Shown here: one piece after another, positions 28,817-38,490 of the stretch | How positions within the stretch are numbered: position 1 is the first letter of the stretch | Layout: every line of letters starts with the position of its first letter | Source of the DNA: an uncultured Gammaproteobacteria bacterium | Lineage (GTDB): Bacteria; Pseudomonadota; Gammaproteobacteria; Magnimaribacterales; TMED112 | Assembly: GCA_913052565.1 (NCBI GenBank) | Contig: CAJXFH010000002.1 | Location: 39,324-103,323, forward strand | DNA: 64,000 nucleotides | Direction: 5' to 3' | Notes under the pieces: model-generated | Database searches by the model: none | What the model saw: the letters and a program-made list of their open reading frames with translations, nothing else | Told to the model about the DNA's origin: nothing | Position numbers and translations under genes: made by a program

Positions 28817-30300
28817 CAGTGTTTAAAATGCCTTACGCCCGTTAATGCCATTGTTAATTTATGTTCGTTTGCAGCACTTATAACCTCATTATCTTTAACA
28901 GAACCGCCTGGCTGAATGATATGTTTTGCTCCCTTCTCAGCAGCTAGATCAATATTGTCTCTGAAAGGGAAAAATGCATCAGAAGCTAATACGCAATCTT
29001 CTACATTGAGACCTTCTTCTTCTGCTTTCATAAAAGCAATCTTTGTGCTTACTACTCTGCTCATTTGGCCTGCTCCTATTCCTAGTGTCATTTTATTTTT
29101 AGCCAACACAATGGCGTTTGACTTCACATGTTTTGCAACTTTCATAGCAAAGATCAAATCTTCTTTTTCACTATCTTTAGGCATATTATTTGTAACTACA
29201 TCTAACTTTATTTCGTTTAAATCATAAATATCTGTAGATTGCATAAGACCAACCCCATACAGATGCTTGCTCTCATGAACATCAATTGGAACATTTCTTG
29301 AACGCAAGACTCTTATGTTGGGTTTGCTTTTTAGCATTTCCAAAGCTTTGGTCGAATAGTTGGGAGCTATTAATACCTCAATAAATTGGTTGTTAAGCAT
29401 TTCTTCAACAGTGCTTTCATCTAGTTCTATATTTGAAGCAATTACCCCCCCAAAAGCAGAAGTAGGATCAGTTTTAAATGCTTTCCTATAGGCTTCGAGT
29501 ATTTTTTCGTCAGAGGCTACACCACATGGATTTGTATGTTTAACTATACAAATTGAAGGCTCTTCAAACTCAGAAACACACGCCCAAGATGCAATTGAAT
29601 CAGCAACATTGTTATAAGATATTTCCTTGCCTTGTAATGGGTTTAGAAAATCAATTGGCGCTTCATCATCAGTTAAAAGTTTTGCTTCTTGATGTGGGTT
29701 TTCACCATATCTGAGTTCTTTGGTTATTAATTGTTTATTATGGGCAGAGAGCCATTCTGCAATTGTTAAATCGTACTCATGTGTTTGACTAAACACATAA
29801 CCTGCATATTCTTTTGATTGCTCTAAGCTAACAGAATCAACTTTTAAACCGTCATATTGTTCAGGGCTACATAAAACAACCGTATGTTGAAAATTTTTTG
29901 CTGCTGCTCTTAACATCGCAGGACCTCCAATATCGATTTTTTCAATTATTTCTTGATCGCTACTATTTTTCGCAACTTCTTCAGAGAATGGATAAAGATT
30001 CACAACAACTAAATCAATTTTTTTTGCCCCTAGCATTTTGAGTTCAACACTATCCTTCTGGCCCCTAGCCAAAATTCCTGCATGTATCTTTGGGTGAAGA
30101 GTCTTTACTCTTCCATCAAAGACTTCTGGGGAAGCTGTATAATCTGATACTTCTGTGACATCAAATCCGTTTTCTTTAAGATATTTTGCTGTGCCACCTG
30201 AGGAGATTATTTCTACATTGTTAGAGGCTAGTTTTTCTGCGAGGTCAAGGATGCCAGTTTTATCAAAAACACTTATCAGGGCAGTTTTTATCTTAATCAT
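28816..30300 (-). CDS. purH: Bifunctional AICAR transformylase / IMP cyclohydrolase
   Basis: 494 aa. ALISVFDKTG, SSGGTAKYL, TLHPKIHAGIL and QPGGSVKD, ending in GVRHFKH. Confidence 0.95.
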   Translation of the reverse strand: MIKIKTALISVFDKTGILDLAEKLASNNVEIISSGGTAKYLKENGFDVTEVSDYTASPEVFDGRVKTLHPKIHAGILARGQKDSVELKMLGAKKIDLVVVNLYPFSEEVAKNSSDQEIIEKIDIGGPAMLRAAAKNFQHTVVLCSPEQYDGLKVDSVSLEQSKEYAGYVFSQTHEYDLTIAEWLSAHNKQLITKELRYGENPHQEAKLLTDDEAPIDFLNPLQGKEISYNNVADSIASWACVSEFEEPSICIVKHTNPCGVASDEKILEAYRKAFKTDPTSAFGGVIASNIELDESTVEEMLNNQFIEVLIAPNYSTKALEMLKSKPNIRVLRSRNVPIDVHESKHLYGVGLMQSTDIYDLNEIKLDVVTNNMPKDSEKEDLIFAMKVAKHVKSNAIVLAKNKMTLGIGAGQMSRVVSTKIAFMKAEEEGLNVEDCVLASDAFFPFRDNIDLAAEKGAKHIIQPGGSVKDNEVISAANEHKLTMALTGVRHFKH

Positions 30301-30551
30301 TAAAGCAGCCCATATTTAGCCATTTTTTTCCTAAGTGTGCCTCTATTTAGGCCTAAGATCTTGCTTGCTTCAGATTGATTACCTTTGCATTTCTTTAACA
30401 CTACTTCTAAAAGTGGTGGTTCGATTTGGCTAATGGTTAAATTATAAAGCTCAATTGGATTCTCCCCATCAAGGTTTCGATAATACCTTTTAATTGCTCT
30501 TTTTACTTCGCCCCTTAGGCTGCGTTTGTTGGTATTAAACTTGGTAGACAT
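30300..30551 (-). CDS. fis: DNA-binding protein Fis
   Basis: 83 aa. C-terminal HTH GNQSEASKILGLNRGTLRKKMAKYGL. Follows the fis-purH-purD order. Confidence 0.85.
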   Translation of the reverse strand: MSTKFNTNKRSLRGEVKRAIKRYYRNLDGENPIELYNLTISQIEPPLLEVVLKKCKGNQSEASKILGLNRGTLRKKMAKYGLL

Positions 30552-30576
30552 CTAAATGATATAATTGCTTTTCAAA

Positions 30577-31260
30577 ATGAAAATAGCTTCAATTTTTCTC
30601 AAAAAAAAACTAGATAAAAATATTGATCATTTTTTAGACAATAGTCAATTACATTACTTGAAAAACGTATTGAAAGTTAGGGAGGATGAACAAGTAAATA
30701 TTTTCAATGGTGAAGGTTCAAAATATCTTGCAAAGTTTGATGGAATTAAATCTCTAAAAGTTTTTGATATTGAAAAAAGGAATAAAGTCTTTGTAAGTTC
30801 AATTCTTGTTCCAGTACTGAAGAAAAATCCATTCGAATATTTGCTACAGAAATCAGTTGAAATAGGGGTAAATAAAATTTTTTGTTACATATCAGAGAAA
30901 AACAAAGAAAAATATTCATTTGGTTCGGAGCTAAAAAAAATCGAAAGGTATAGAGAAATTATTAAATCTGCCTTTTTGCAGTCAGAGAATTTTCATTTAC
31001 CACAGATTGACATTTATGAGTCTATTTTTCATTTTGATTTTTCAAAATTTCAAAAAATTGTAGTGTTGGATCAAGAAGCTCATGAATCTCTGCAGCCAGG
31101 TTTGGATGCTGAATTAATAATTTCTGGTGGAGAATTTGGTTTTGATCAAAATGAGAGAGATATTATTGGGAAAAATAAGGTAAATTATCTTAACTTAGGT
31201 GAAAATATATTAAGAGCTGAAACTGCACCAGTTGCCGCCCTCTCAAGGATAAACATTTAA
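30577..31260 (+). CDS. rsmE: 16S rRNA (uracil1498-N3)-methyltransferase
   Basis: The ORF opens at a TTG at 30565. I prefer the ATG at 30577. C-terminal LGENILRAETAPVAALS is typical of RsmE (SPOUT). Confidence 0.8.
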   Translation: MKIASIFLKKKLDKNIDHFLDNSQLHYLKNVLKVREDEQVNIFNGEGSKYLAKFDGIKSLKVFDIEKRNKVFVSSILVPVLKKNPFEYLLQKSVEIGVNKIFCYISEKNKEKYSFGSELKKIERYREIIKSAFLQSENFHLPQIDIYESIFHFDFSKFQKIVVLDQEAHESLQPGLDAELIISGGEFGFDQNERDIIGKNKVNYLNLGENILRAETAPVAALSRINI

Positions 31261-31262
31261 AT

Positions 31263-32195
31263 ATGAAAATTGGTTTTATTATTAATGATTTACATTCGAT
31301 GAATCTTGAAAAAGATACATCTGTTTACCTTATGAGAGAAGCACAAAATCGGGGAAATGAGATTTATGCTTTTGATGCACTTGATGTAACGCATAAAAAT
31401 AATTCTCTATATGCTAACTGTAAAAAAATTCTGTTTAACAATGCAAATGACCTCACTTTCACAGTAAGTGCAAAAATATCTTTAGAAGTAAAAGATTTTT
31501 CATTCGTAATAAATAGATTAAACCCACCTTTTAACAAAGAATATTTATATTTAACACAGTTGCTTGAAATATCTGGTGTTGACTGTATCAATCCGGCTAA
31601 AGCATTAAGAGAGAATAACGAAAAACTTATAATACTTAATTTCCCAGAACTTATTCCCTATACAAAGGTTACCAACTCACTAGAAGAAATTGAGGACGTT
31701 CTTAACCAAGAAAAGATTGAAAAAATTGTAATAAAGCCTCTTGATGGTATGGGGGGGAAATCAATATTTTTTATTTCTAAGGGCGATAAAAATTTAAATG
31801 TCATTTGGGAAACAATAAGCCAGAGAGGGAAAAAGCATTTTGTTGTACAAGAGTATATAGAAGAAGCAAAGCTCGGTGATAATAGGCTTTCATTTATAAA
31901 CTATGAGCTTCTTCCAAAAAAAGTAGTGAGAATGCCGTCAGATAAAGATTTCAGAGGGAATCTTGCGGCCGGAGCTAAGTCTAAGATTGAATCTGTGACT
32001 GAAGATGACATTAAGTTAGGTGAAGCAATAATTCCTTATCTCAAGGAAAATAATATTTATTTTGCTGGTGCAGATCTTTTGGGTGGAAAGCTTTCAGAAA
32101 TTAACCTCACTTCACCAACATGTCTTCAAGAAATCCATAAAAATTCGGATCTAGATCCCGCAAAAATATTTTGGGACAATTTAAGAAAGAGTTGA
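31263..32195 (+). CDS. gshB: Glutathione synthetase (ATP-grasp)
   Basis: 310 aa. IKPLDGMGGKSIF, GDNRL and EINLTSPT. Follows the rsmE-gshB-ruvX order. Confidence 0.9.
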   Translation: MKIGFIINDLHSMNLEKDTSVYLMREAQNRGNEIYAFDALDVTHKNNSLYANCKKILFNNANDLTFTVSAKISLEVKDFSFVINRLNPPFNKEYLYLTQLLEISGVDCINPAKALRENNEKLIILNFPELIPYTKVTNSLEEIEDVLNQEKIEKIVIKPLDGMGGKSIFFISKGDKNLNVIWETISQRGKKHFVVQEYIEEAKLGDNRLSFINYELLPKKVVRMPSDKDFRGNLAAGAKSKIESVTEDDIKLGEAIIPYLKENNIYFAGADLLGGKLSEINLTSPTCLQEIHKNSDLDPAKIFWDNLRKS

Positions 32196-32205
32196 GTTAT
32201 AACTA

Positions 32206-32592
32206 TTGAAGAAAGAAGCAAAAGTAGTTTTAAGCATAGATTTTGGAACACAAAAAATTGGCTTATGTATTGCTGAAACTTTTACTGGCCAAACAAAACC
32301 TTTAAAGATTATAAAAAACGATGAGAAACTTTTGGATAATATCAAAAAAATCATTGGTGAATGGCAACCAGACCTCTACTTAATTGGGAGCCCGCCAAAC
32401 CCTAGTGCTAGTTTTTCAAAAAACTTATCACAATTTAAAATAGATTTTGAGGAGATATTCCAAGAAAAATTATTAGTTGTAGATGAAGACTATACATCAC
32501 AAGCAGTTGATCATAAGAAACCTTCTGAAATGAAAGATTCTTTATCTGCTGAAATAATTTTTCAAGATTGGTTTAATAAAAATTATGGCTGA
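32206..32592 (+). CDS. ruvX: Holliday-junction-resolvase-like / pre-16S rRNA nuclease YqgF
   Basis: 128 aa with a TTG start. LSIDFGTQKIGLCIAE is the RNase H-fold YqgF motif. Confidence 0.8.
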   Translation: MKKEAKVVLSIDFGTQKIGLCIAETFTGQTKPLKIIKNDEKLLDNIKKIIGEWQPDLYLIGSPPNPSASFSKNLSQFKIDFEEIFQEKLLVVDEDYTSQAVDHKKPSEMKDSLSAEIIFQDWFNKNYG

Positions 32593-34324
32593 ATCAATAC
32601 CAAGGGATTTTATCGATAGACTTGTCGAAGACTCTGACGTAGTTGCTGTCTTGAGCCACTATCTAAATCTAACAAAAAAGGGGAATAATTTTACATGTTG
32701 TTGTCCCTTCCACGATGAGAAAACACCTTCGTTTGTTGTTAGTCCTCAAAAATCAATTTATCACTGCTTTGGTTGCGGTAAAGGCGGCAATGTAATCACA
32801 TTCATTAAAGATTACGAGGGGTTAAATTTTGTCGAAGCAGTAGAGAAGTTAGCAGAACTAAATAATGTTACTGTGCCTAAAACATCTTCAGGTTTCCGAA
32901 ATGATCATAGCAAGTCAATTGAAATTAATCAGATTGTTTCTGAACATTATTATGAAGAACTTTCAAATAAATCATCAGAACACATTGTTTCTTACTTAAA
33001 AGGAAGAGGCATAAGCGGTAAGACAGCTAAACATTTCAAACTTGGTTTTGCTGATTTCAATCAAAATGATCTTCTTGCCAAATTGCAAAAAAGATTTGAT
33101 GAAAAAGACATTTTAGATAGCGGTTGTTTTCTTAAAAATGAAAAAGGAATATATCCTTTTTTCAGGAAACGCTTAATATTCCCAATACTTAATTCTGCAG
33201 GCAAAAATATAGGTTTTGGTGGAAGAGTCATTGATGATGCTATGCCAAAGTACCTCAATTCAAAAGACAGCAAATTTTTTAATAAAGCTAGAGAGCTATA
33301 TGGGTATAGTGAAGCAAAAAAGGATCATAAAAATGATTATTTTGTTGTAACTGAAGGTTACATGGATGTAGTTATGTTGCATGAATATGGAATAACTAAT
33401 GCGGTGGCATCCTTAGGCACAGCATTTTCTCAAAATCATTTAAATTTATTATTCAAAACAAAAAGAAAAGTTATATTTTGTTTTGACTCAGATGAAGCGG
33501 GATTAGCTGCGGCATGGAGAGCACTGCAAATATCTTTAAAAAATGTTTTTGATGACAAGACTGTAAGATTTCTTTTCCTTCCTGAAGGCTATGATCCAGA
33601 TTCTTTTGTGAAAGAAAAGGGTGCAAACGAATTTTTAAAGAAAATTGATAGAGCAATGGTGATCGAAACATTTGTTTTTCAATTTCTTAAAAGAGGGAGA
33701 AATTTGGATTCACCTGAAGATATAAGACAAATTATTTTTGAGCTTAAAAAGCTTCTACCCACAGTAAAATCTGAAACTCTGAGGGAGACACTTCTCCTCA
33801 AGTTTTCAAAGGAACTTGAAATTAGCAAAGACCTACTCATCAAAGCTGATGACTCACAAAAAAAACCTATCAAAAAGCCTGTAATTGAGAAAACAAATAA
33901 TACTTTTGAAAAAGAGTCATTATTGATTGTCTATCTCATGGAAACATTTATGACTTCCGTAATCGAATCTGCAAAAGAATTTAATTCTTTCCTTCAAAGA
34001 TCTTCAGTTGAAGAGTTAAAAGAACTCAGAGAAGTAATTGATAGCATGTTAAATAATCAAAAAAATCATAAAGAAATGCCATTCTATGCAAAAGCAATGA
34101 TGATAAATTTTGAATTAACAGCTGAAGAGGCGATAAATGAATTCAATAGAGCTTCAGATGCTATTCGCCTCCAAAATGATGAGACATTTATAGAATTTCT
34201 CAAAAATCTTGTAAAAACTGACGAATTAACAGCTGAAAGAAAAGAAAATCTGCAAAAATTGCTTAATTTAAGAGATAATATCTCAACTCAGGAAGAGGAA
34301 CTAATCCGAAATCTCAACAAATAG
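32585..34324 (+). CDS. dnaG: DNA primase
   Basis: 579 aa. Zinc ribbon CCCPFHDEKTPSFVVSPQKSIYHCFGCGKGGNVITF, and TOPRIM motifs VVTEGYMDV and FDSDEAG. Confidence 0.95.
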   Translation: MAESIPRDFIDRLVEDSDVVAVLSHYLNLTKKGNNFTCCCPFHDEKTPSFVVSPQKSIYHCFGCGKGGNVITFIKDYEGLNFVEAVEKLAELNNVTVPKTSSGFRNDHSKSIEINQIVSEHYYEELSNKSSEHIVSYLKGRGISGKTAKHFKLGFADFNQNDLLAKLQKRFDEKDILDSGCFLKNEKGIYPFFRKRLIFPILNSAGKNIGFGGRVIDDAMPKYLNSKDSKFFNKARELYGYSEAKKDHKNDYFVVTEGYMDVVMLHEYGITNAVASLGTAFSQNHLNLLFKTKRKVIFCFDSDEAGLAAAWRALQISLKNVFDDKTVRFLFLPEGYDPDSFVKEKGANEFLKKIDRAMVIETFVFQFLKRGRNLDSPEDIRQIIFELKKLLPTVKSETLRETLLLKFSKELEISKDLLIKADDSQKKPIKKPVIEKTNNTFEKESLLIVYLMETFMTSVIESAKEFNSFLQRSSVEELKELREVIDSMLNNQKNHKEMPFYAKAMMINFELTAEEAINEFNRASDAIRLQNDETFIEFLKNLVKTDELTAERKENLQKLLNLRDNISTQEEELIRNLNK

Positions 34325-34358
34325 TTGAATTTTGGATTTTCACAAACATATAGAAATC

Positions 34359-36182
34359 ATGTCAGATAAACCTAGCTCAACACCCCAAGTCAGCCCTGCT
34401 AATGATATTGCCCAACTAATTCAGCTAGGTAGAGATCAGGGCTATCTTACACATGCAGATATTACTGACACTTTACCTGATGGATCAACTGATGCTGATA
34501 ACTTTGAGGAAATTACTCAAGTTCTCAGGGATATGGGTATAAAAGTCTTTGAGGACACACCTGACGAAGATGAATTAATGTTGGGCGAAGATGAAGATAC
34601 CGATGAATTAGCCGCAGAAGATGCTGTAGCAGCTCTATCTCAAACAGAAATTGAATCAGGCAGAACAACTGATCCTGTTCGTATGTATATGAGGGAAATG
34701 GGAAGTGTTGATCTGTTGACCAAAACAGGTGAAATTGGCATTGCAAAGAGAATTGAAGCAGCAATGAAAGAAGTTTTGTCTTTATGTGCTGAGTACCCCC
34801 TCTGCATTGAATATGTTCTTGATTTCTTTAACAGAATTAAAATTGGCGAGAAAAAAACACAAGATTTAATATCTGGCTTTATGCTTGATGAACCAGAAGA
34901 AGAAATTGTAGAGCAAGAGTTCGAAAATACAGAAGATAAACAAGTTGAAGAAAGCGAAGAAGAAGAAGCTAATGTTATTTCTTTTGAAGAGTGCGAAGCA
35001 AAAATTAAAATTATAAAAAGAGAATATAACAAATATCTCAAATCATTAAGTAATGACAAGCTAGATGAAAAAGGTCAGAAAGCGCTAGATAAGTTAAAAG
35101 CAGAATTTCAAAATATTAAGTTTAATTCCAAAGTTTTTGATACATTGGTTCAAATACCAGCAGAGAAAAAATCCTTAGTTGGCGGTTTCGAGAGAGAGCT
35201 AAAAAAACTTCTTGTTAAGTCAATTGGAGTACCAAATAAAGAAGCTAGAGTATTGATCGATGAAAACCTTATAAATATTCGACTACTGACAAAATTATCA
35301 AAAGACAAAAGGTTCAAGAAAAAAGCAATTGATGAGGTCAAACCAACATTCATTAGAATTCAAAAAGACCTAATAAAAATAGATGAAAACAATTTGATGC
35401 CAGTAACACAGATTATTTCTTTAAATAAAAGAATTAATAAAGCTTATAGAGGCCTTTTAAGAGCTAAAAAAGAAATGATTGAGGCAAACTTAAGATTGGT
35501 AATTTCTATCGCTAAAAAATATACGAATAGAGGTTTACAATTTTTAGATTTGATTCAAGAGGGAAATATTGGACTTATGAAAGCAGTTGATAAGTTTGAA
35601 TATAGGAGAGGCTATAAATTCTCAACTTATGCTACGTGGTGGATAAGACAAGCTATTACCAGATCTATTGCTGATCAAGCTAGAACAATCAGGATCCCAG
35701 TCCATATGATTGAAACAATAAATAAATTGAATCGCCTATCACGTCAAATGATGCAAGAAATAGGAAGAGAACCAACTCCAGAAGAAATGTCAAAAAGGCT
35801 TGATATTCCAGAAGATAAAATGCGCAAGGTTATGAAAATTGCGAAAGAGCCTATCTCAATGGAGACTCCAATTGGTGACGATGAGGATTCTAACTTGGGT
35901 GATTTCCTCGAAGACTCTTCAATCAATTCGCCTATTGATGATGCATCAATTCGAGGTCTTAAAGATGCGACAGATGAAATACTTGCTTCATTAACTGCTA
36001 GAGAAGCAAAAGTTTTACGAATGAGATTTGGTATTGGTATGAATAATGACCATACACTTGAAGAAGTAGGCAAACAGTTTGATGTAACAAGAGAGAGAAT
36101 CAGACAGATCGAAGCTAAGGCACTCAGAAAGCTAAGACATCCAACTAGATCTGATGTCTTGAAGAGTTTCTTGCACGAATAA
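34359..36182 (+). CDS. rpoD: RNA polymerase sigma-70 factor RpoD
   Basis: The ORF opens at a TTG at 34332. I prefer the ATG at 34359 (MSDKPSS...). Has [37 protein letters not shown] and [30 protein letters not shown]. Confidence 0.95.
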   Translation: MSDKPSSTPQVSPANDIAQLIQLGRDQGYLTHADITDTLPDGSTDADNFEEITQVLRDMGIKVFEDTPDEDELMLGEDEDTDELAAEDAVAALSQTEIESGRTTDPVRMYMREMGSVDLLTKTGEIGIAKRIEAAMKEVLSLCAEYPLCIEYVLDFFNRIKIGEKKTQDLISGFMLDEPEEEIVEQEFENTEDKQVEESEEEEANVISFEECEAKIKIIKREYNKYLKSLSNDKLDEKGQKALDKLKAEFQNIKFNSKVFDTLVQIPAEKKSLVGGFERELKKLLVKSIGVPNKEARVLIDENLINIRLLTKLSKDKRFKKKAIDEVKPTFIRIQKDLIKIDENNLMPVTQIISLNKRINKAYRGLLRAKKEMIEANLRLVISIAKKYTNRGLQFLDLIQEGNIGLMKAVDKFEYRRGYKFSTYATWWIRQAITRSIADQARTIRIPVHMIETINKLNRLSRQMMQEIGREPTPEEMSKRLDIPEDKMRKVMKIAKEPISMETPIGDDEDSNLGDFLEDSSINSPIDDASIRGLKDATDEILASLTAREAKVLRMRFGIGMNNDHTLEEVGKQFDVTRERIRQIEAKALRKLRHPTRSDVLKSFLHE

Positions 36183-36227
36183 ATCCTTTTTAAAAATTCA
36201 AAAAAGTTATAGACTACATTTTCTGGC

Positions 36228-36304
36228 GGGCCTGTAGCTCAGTTGGTTAGAGCAGTGGACTCATAATCCATTGGTCGGAGGTTCGAGTCCTCCCGGGCCC
36301 ACCA
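36228..36304 (+). tRNA. ileX: tRNA with CAU anticodon, probably tRNA-Ile2 (lysidine), alternatively elongator tRNA-Met
   Basis: 77-nt cloverleaf GGGCCTG/TA/GCTCAGTTGGTTAGAGC/A/GTGGA-CTCATAA-TCCAT/TGGTC/GGAGGTTCGAGTCCTCC/CGGGCCC/ACCA. Anticodon CAT is at 36262-36264. C4:G69 and C5:G68 match E. coli tRNA-Ile2, and ileX also follows rpoD in E. coli. Confidence 0.9.
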
Positions 36305-36318
36305 CTTTTTAATTTATC

Positions 36319-38388
36319 TCACTTCGTTTTATATTTTTCGAACCAAGCAAGTATATGATCAACTTTTGTGATTAAGTTTGATGGCCTGCTTGCAATTCCA
36401 TGAGAAGTATTAGGAATTCGTATCATTGCACTATCAATTTCTCTAAGCCTTAATGCCTGATAAAATTGTTCTGTTTCAGATATTGGGGTTCTTCTATCTT
36501 GTTCACCAGTTATAAGCATAGTTGGAGTAGTTACGTTACCAACTAATGATAATGGAGATCGTTCCCAATAATGCTCAAGGTGTTCCCATGGAGGTCCTGG
36601 AAACTGATGATAAATTTGTCCCACCATCGAATCAGCAGTCAATGGTTTACTTAACCAGTTAATTACTGGCTTTGAAGACACAGCAGCATTAAATCTATCA
36701 GTAAGACCTACTGCATATGCTGTTGCTATTCCCCCAGCACTTCCTCCAGCAATAAATAGATTTCTTTCATCAACCATGCCTTTATTAATAAGTGCATCAA
36801 TGCCTGACATATGGTCAGCAAAATCCTCCGGGCTTGAGTACTTATATTGAAGTAAAAGAGCAAAGTCTTCTCCGTAAGAAGAGCTGCCTCTATAGTTATC
36901 GTAAAAAACAATGTATCCAGCAGAAGCCATTATCTGCAGTTCAGCTGAGAAGTGAGGACCATAAGCAAGATGAGGTCCTCCATGAATTTCTAAGATTAAA
37001 GGGTATTTCTTACTTGGATCAAAATCAGGGGGCGTAATATACCAGCCCTGGATTTCTTGATTGTCAAAAGAAGATTTATAAGTGATTTCATTAACTTTGC
37101 CTAAGTTACGATGGCCAAGAATATCTTCATTCAACTGTGTTAGAACTCTAGTTTTTCTATTCTCAACAATAGCTATGTCAGCAGGTCTGTCAGTCTTTCC
37201 ATATGTGAATGCAATAGTCCCATTACTTGTATGAAAGTCTCCTGATATGTAGGGCCTTCCAATTGTGGTGCCTCCAACATTGCCTGCAATATCAGTTAAA
37301 TTTCCAATTAAATCGATTTGTCTAAGTTTTCTTTCACCTCTTTGATCAAAAGCAAAATAGATCGATGCATTATCTTCGGACCAATAAAGACTATCAGCAT
37401 CATCATCTAAGTCATTAGATATAATCTGAATTTTTTTAGTATCCAGATTCATCACAGCAATCCTGCTTGGGGTATAGGCAAGTGGACGTCTTTCTTTTAC
37501 ATAAAAGGCCATCATTTGCCCATTAGGAGATATAGCTGGTGATCTTTCTTCACCCACTTGGTCTGTAATTTGGGTTAGCTTTTTATCTGATACATCAATT
37601 TTGTAAATATCAGCTTCACCACTAATTAGTTCCCAGTTTGGTGATCTATGGGCAGAAAAGTAGATGCTATTACTATCTCCTGACCATGAAATAGCACCAT
37701 AGTGATTGAAATTACCGCTTGTTAATTGTCGAGCAGAACCCCCATCAGCAGGTACGACAAATATATGTCGATAAGATGGCTCAACAATACCTCGACCGTC
37801 GTATTGGTATCTGGTAGTTGTCACTACAATCGGCTCCTTTGCCCATGAAGCCCCTTTTGGTTTATCTCTTTGTTCTACAAATGAAACATTTTCTCCTTTT
37901 ACATTCATTGTGAATGCCAACCATTTTCCATCAGGTGACCATGAAAGACTTGAAGGTGATTCTTGTAGTTGTGTTATGACCGTTGTTTCACCTGTGTCCA
38001 CCCAATGCATATGAATTTGTGTAGAACCAGAACCATTAGAGACAAAAGCAATTTTTTTATTATCTGGTGACCAGCGTGGAGAAGATGAATTACTTAAACC
38101 TGAATGCAAAGGTCTATGCCCATCTCCGTCTTTTTGAATACGCCAAAGATTTGATTTAACACGATCTTTCATCACATCATTCGAACGTCGCACATACACT
38201 ATTGTTTGGCCATCTGGAGATACTTGCGGATCAGAAGCCCATTCAAGCTCGAAGACATCCATTGGATCAAATAAATTTATATTCTCTTCTGCAATGATCT
38301 GAGATGATTGAAAAGAAAAGAATGAAAAGATAAAAAAAGCCACTTTTAGGATTGCTGGCTTAATAAAAAAAGTAAAATTATTTTTCAT
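36319..38388 (-). CDS. S9-family serine peptidase with N-terminal TolB-like beta-propeller
   Basis: The ORF extends to 38475, but that extension would cross a terminator. I prefer the ATG at 38388 (MKNNFTFFIKPAILKVAFFIFSFF, a signal peptide). Has repeated SP(D/R)G/W propeller-type motifs, and a C-terminal alpha/beta-hydrolase with the GGSAGG nucleophile elbow and NTSHG. Confidence 0.85.
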   Translation of the reverse strand: MKNNFTFFIKPAILKVAFFIFSFFSFQSSQIIAEENINLFDPMDVFELEWASDPQVSPDGQTIVYVRRSNDVMKDRVKSNLWRIQKDGDGHRPLHSGLSNSSSPRWSPDNKKIAFVSNGSGSTQIHMHWVDTGETTVITQLQESPSSLSWSPDGKWLAFTMNVKGENVSFVEQRDKPKGASWAKEPIVVTTTRYQYDGRGIVEPSYRHIFVVPADGGSARQLTSGNFNHYGAISWSGDSNSIYFSAHRSPNWELISGEADIYKIDVSDKKLTQITDQVGEERSPAISPNGQMMAFYVKERRPLAYTPSRIAVMNLDTKKIQIISNDLDDDADSLYWSEDNASIYFAFDQRGERKLRQIDLIGNLTDIAGNVGGTTIGRPYISGDFHTSNGTIAFTYGKTDRPADIAIVENRKTRVLTQLNEDILGHRNLGKVNEITYKSSFDNQEIQGWYITPPDFDPSKKYPLILEIHGGPHLAYGPHFSAELQIMASAGYIVFYDNYRGSSSYGEDFALLLQYKYSSPEDFADHMSGIDALINKGMVDERNLFIAGGSAGGIATAYAVGLTDRFNAAVSSKPVINWLSKPLTADSMVGQIYHQFPGPPWEHLEHYWERSPLSLVGNVTTPTMLITGEQDRRTPISETEQFYQALRLREIDSAMIRIPNTSHGIASRPSNLITKVDHILAWFEKYKTK

Positions 38389-38444
38389 ATAAACAGCATA
38401 TTTGAAAAGACAAAAACATGCTAACGGAATATTGTTCATTCTAG

Positions 38445-38470
38445 TAAAAAAAAGGCCCCATAAAGGGGCC
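38445..38470 (-). terminator. Rho-independent terminator downstream of the pyrD-like gene
   Basis: On the minus strand, GGCCCC-UUUAU-GGGGCC (38470-38454) is followed by a run of 9 U (38453-38445). It lies 21 nt after the stop at 38491. Confidence 0.8.
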
Positions 38471-38490
38471 TTCAATCAAGAATCTAAATA

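Noticed and set aside
34640-35059. A 139-aa antisense ORF within rpoD. Similar antisense ORFs occur at 43123-43590, 38657-39118, 57462-57857 and 62186-62581.
   Set aside because: All lie inside confidently identified genes on the opposite strand. All have Ser/Leu/Phe-biased composition and no motifs. I treat them as frame artefacts.
38389-38475. The N-terminal extension of the S9 peptidase ORF (MKAPLWGLFF...).
   Set aside because: The extension would be translated through the GGCCCC/GGGGCC intrinsic terminator of the upstream gene. The ATG at 38388 gives a normal signal peptide.
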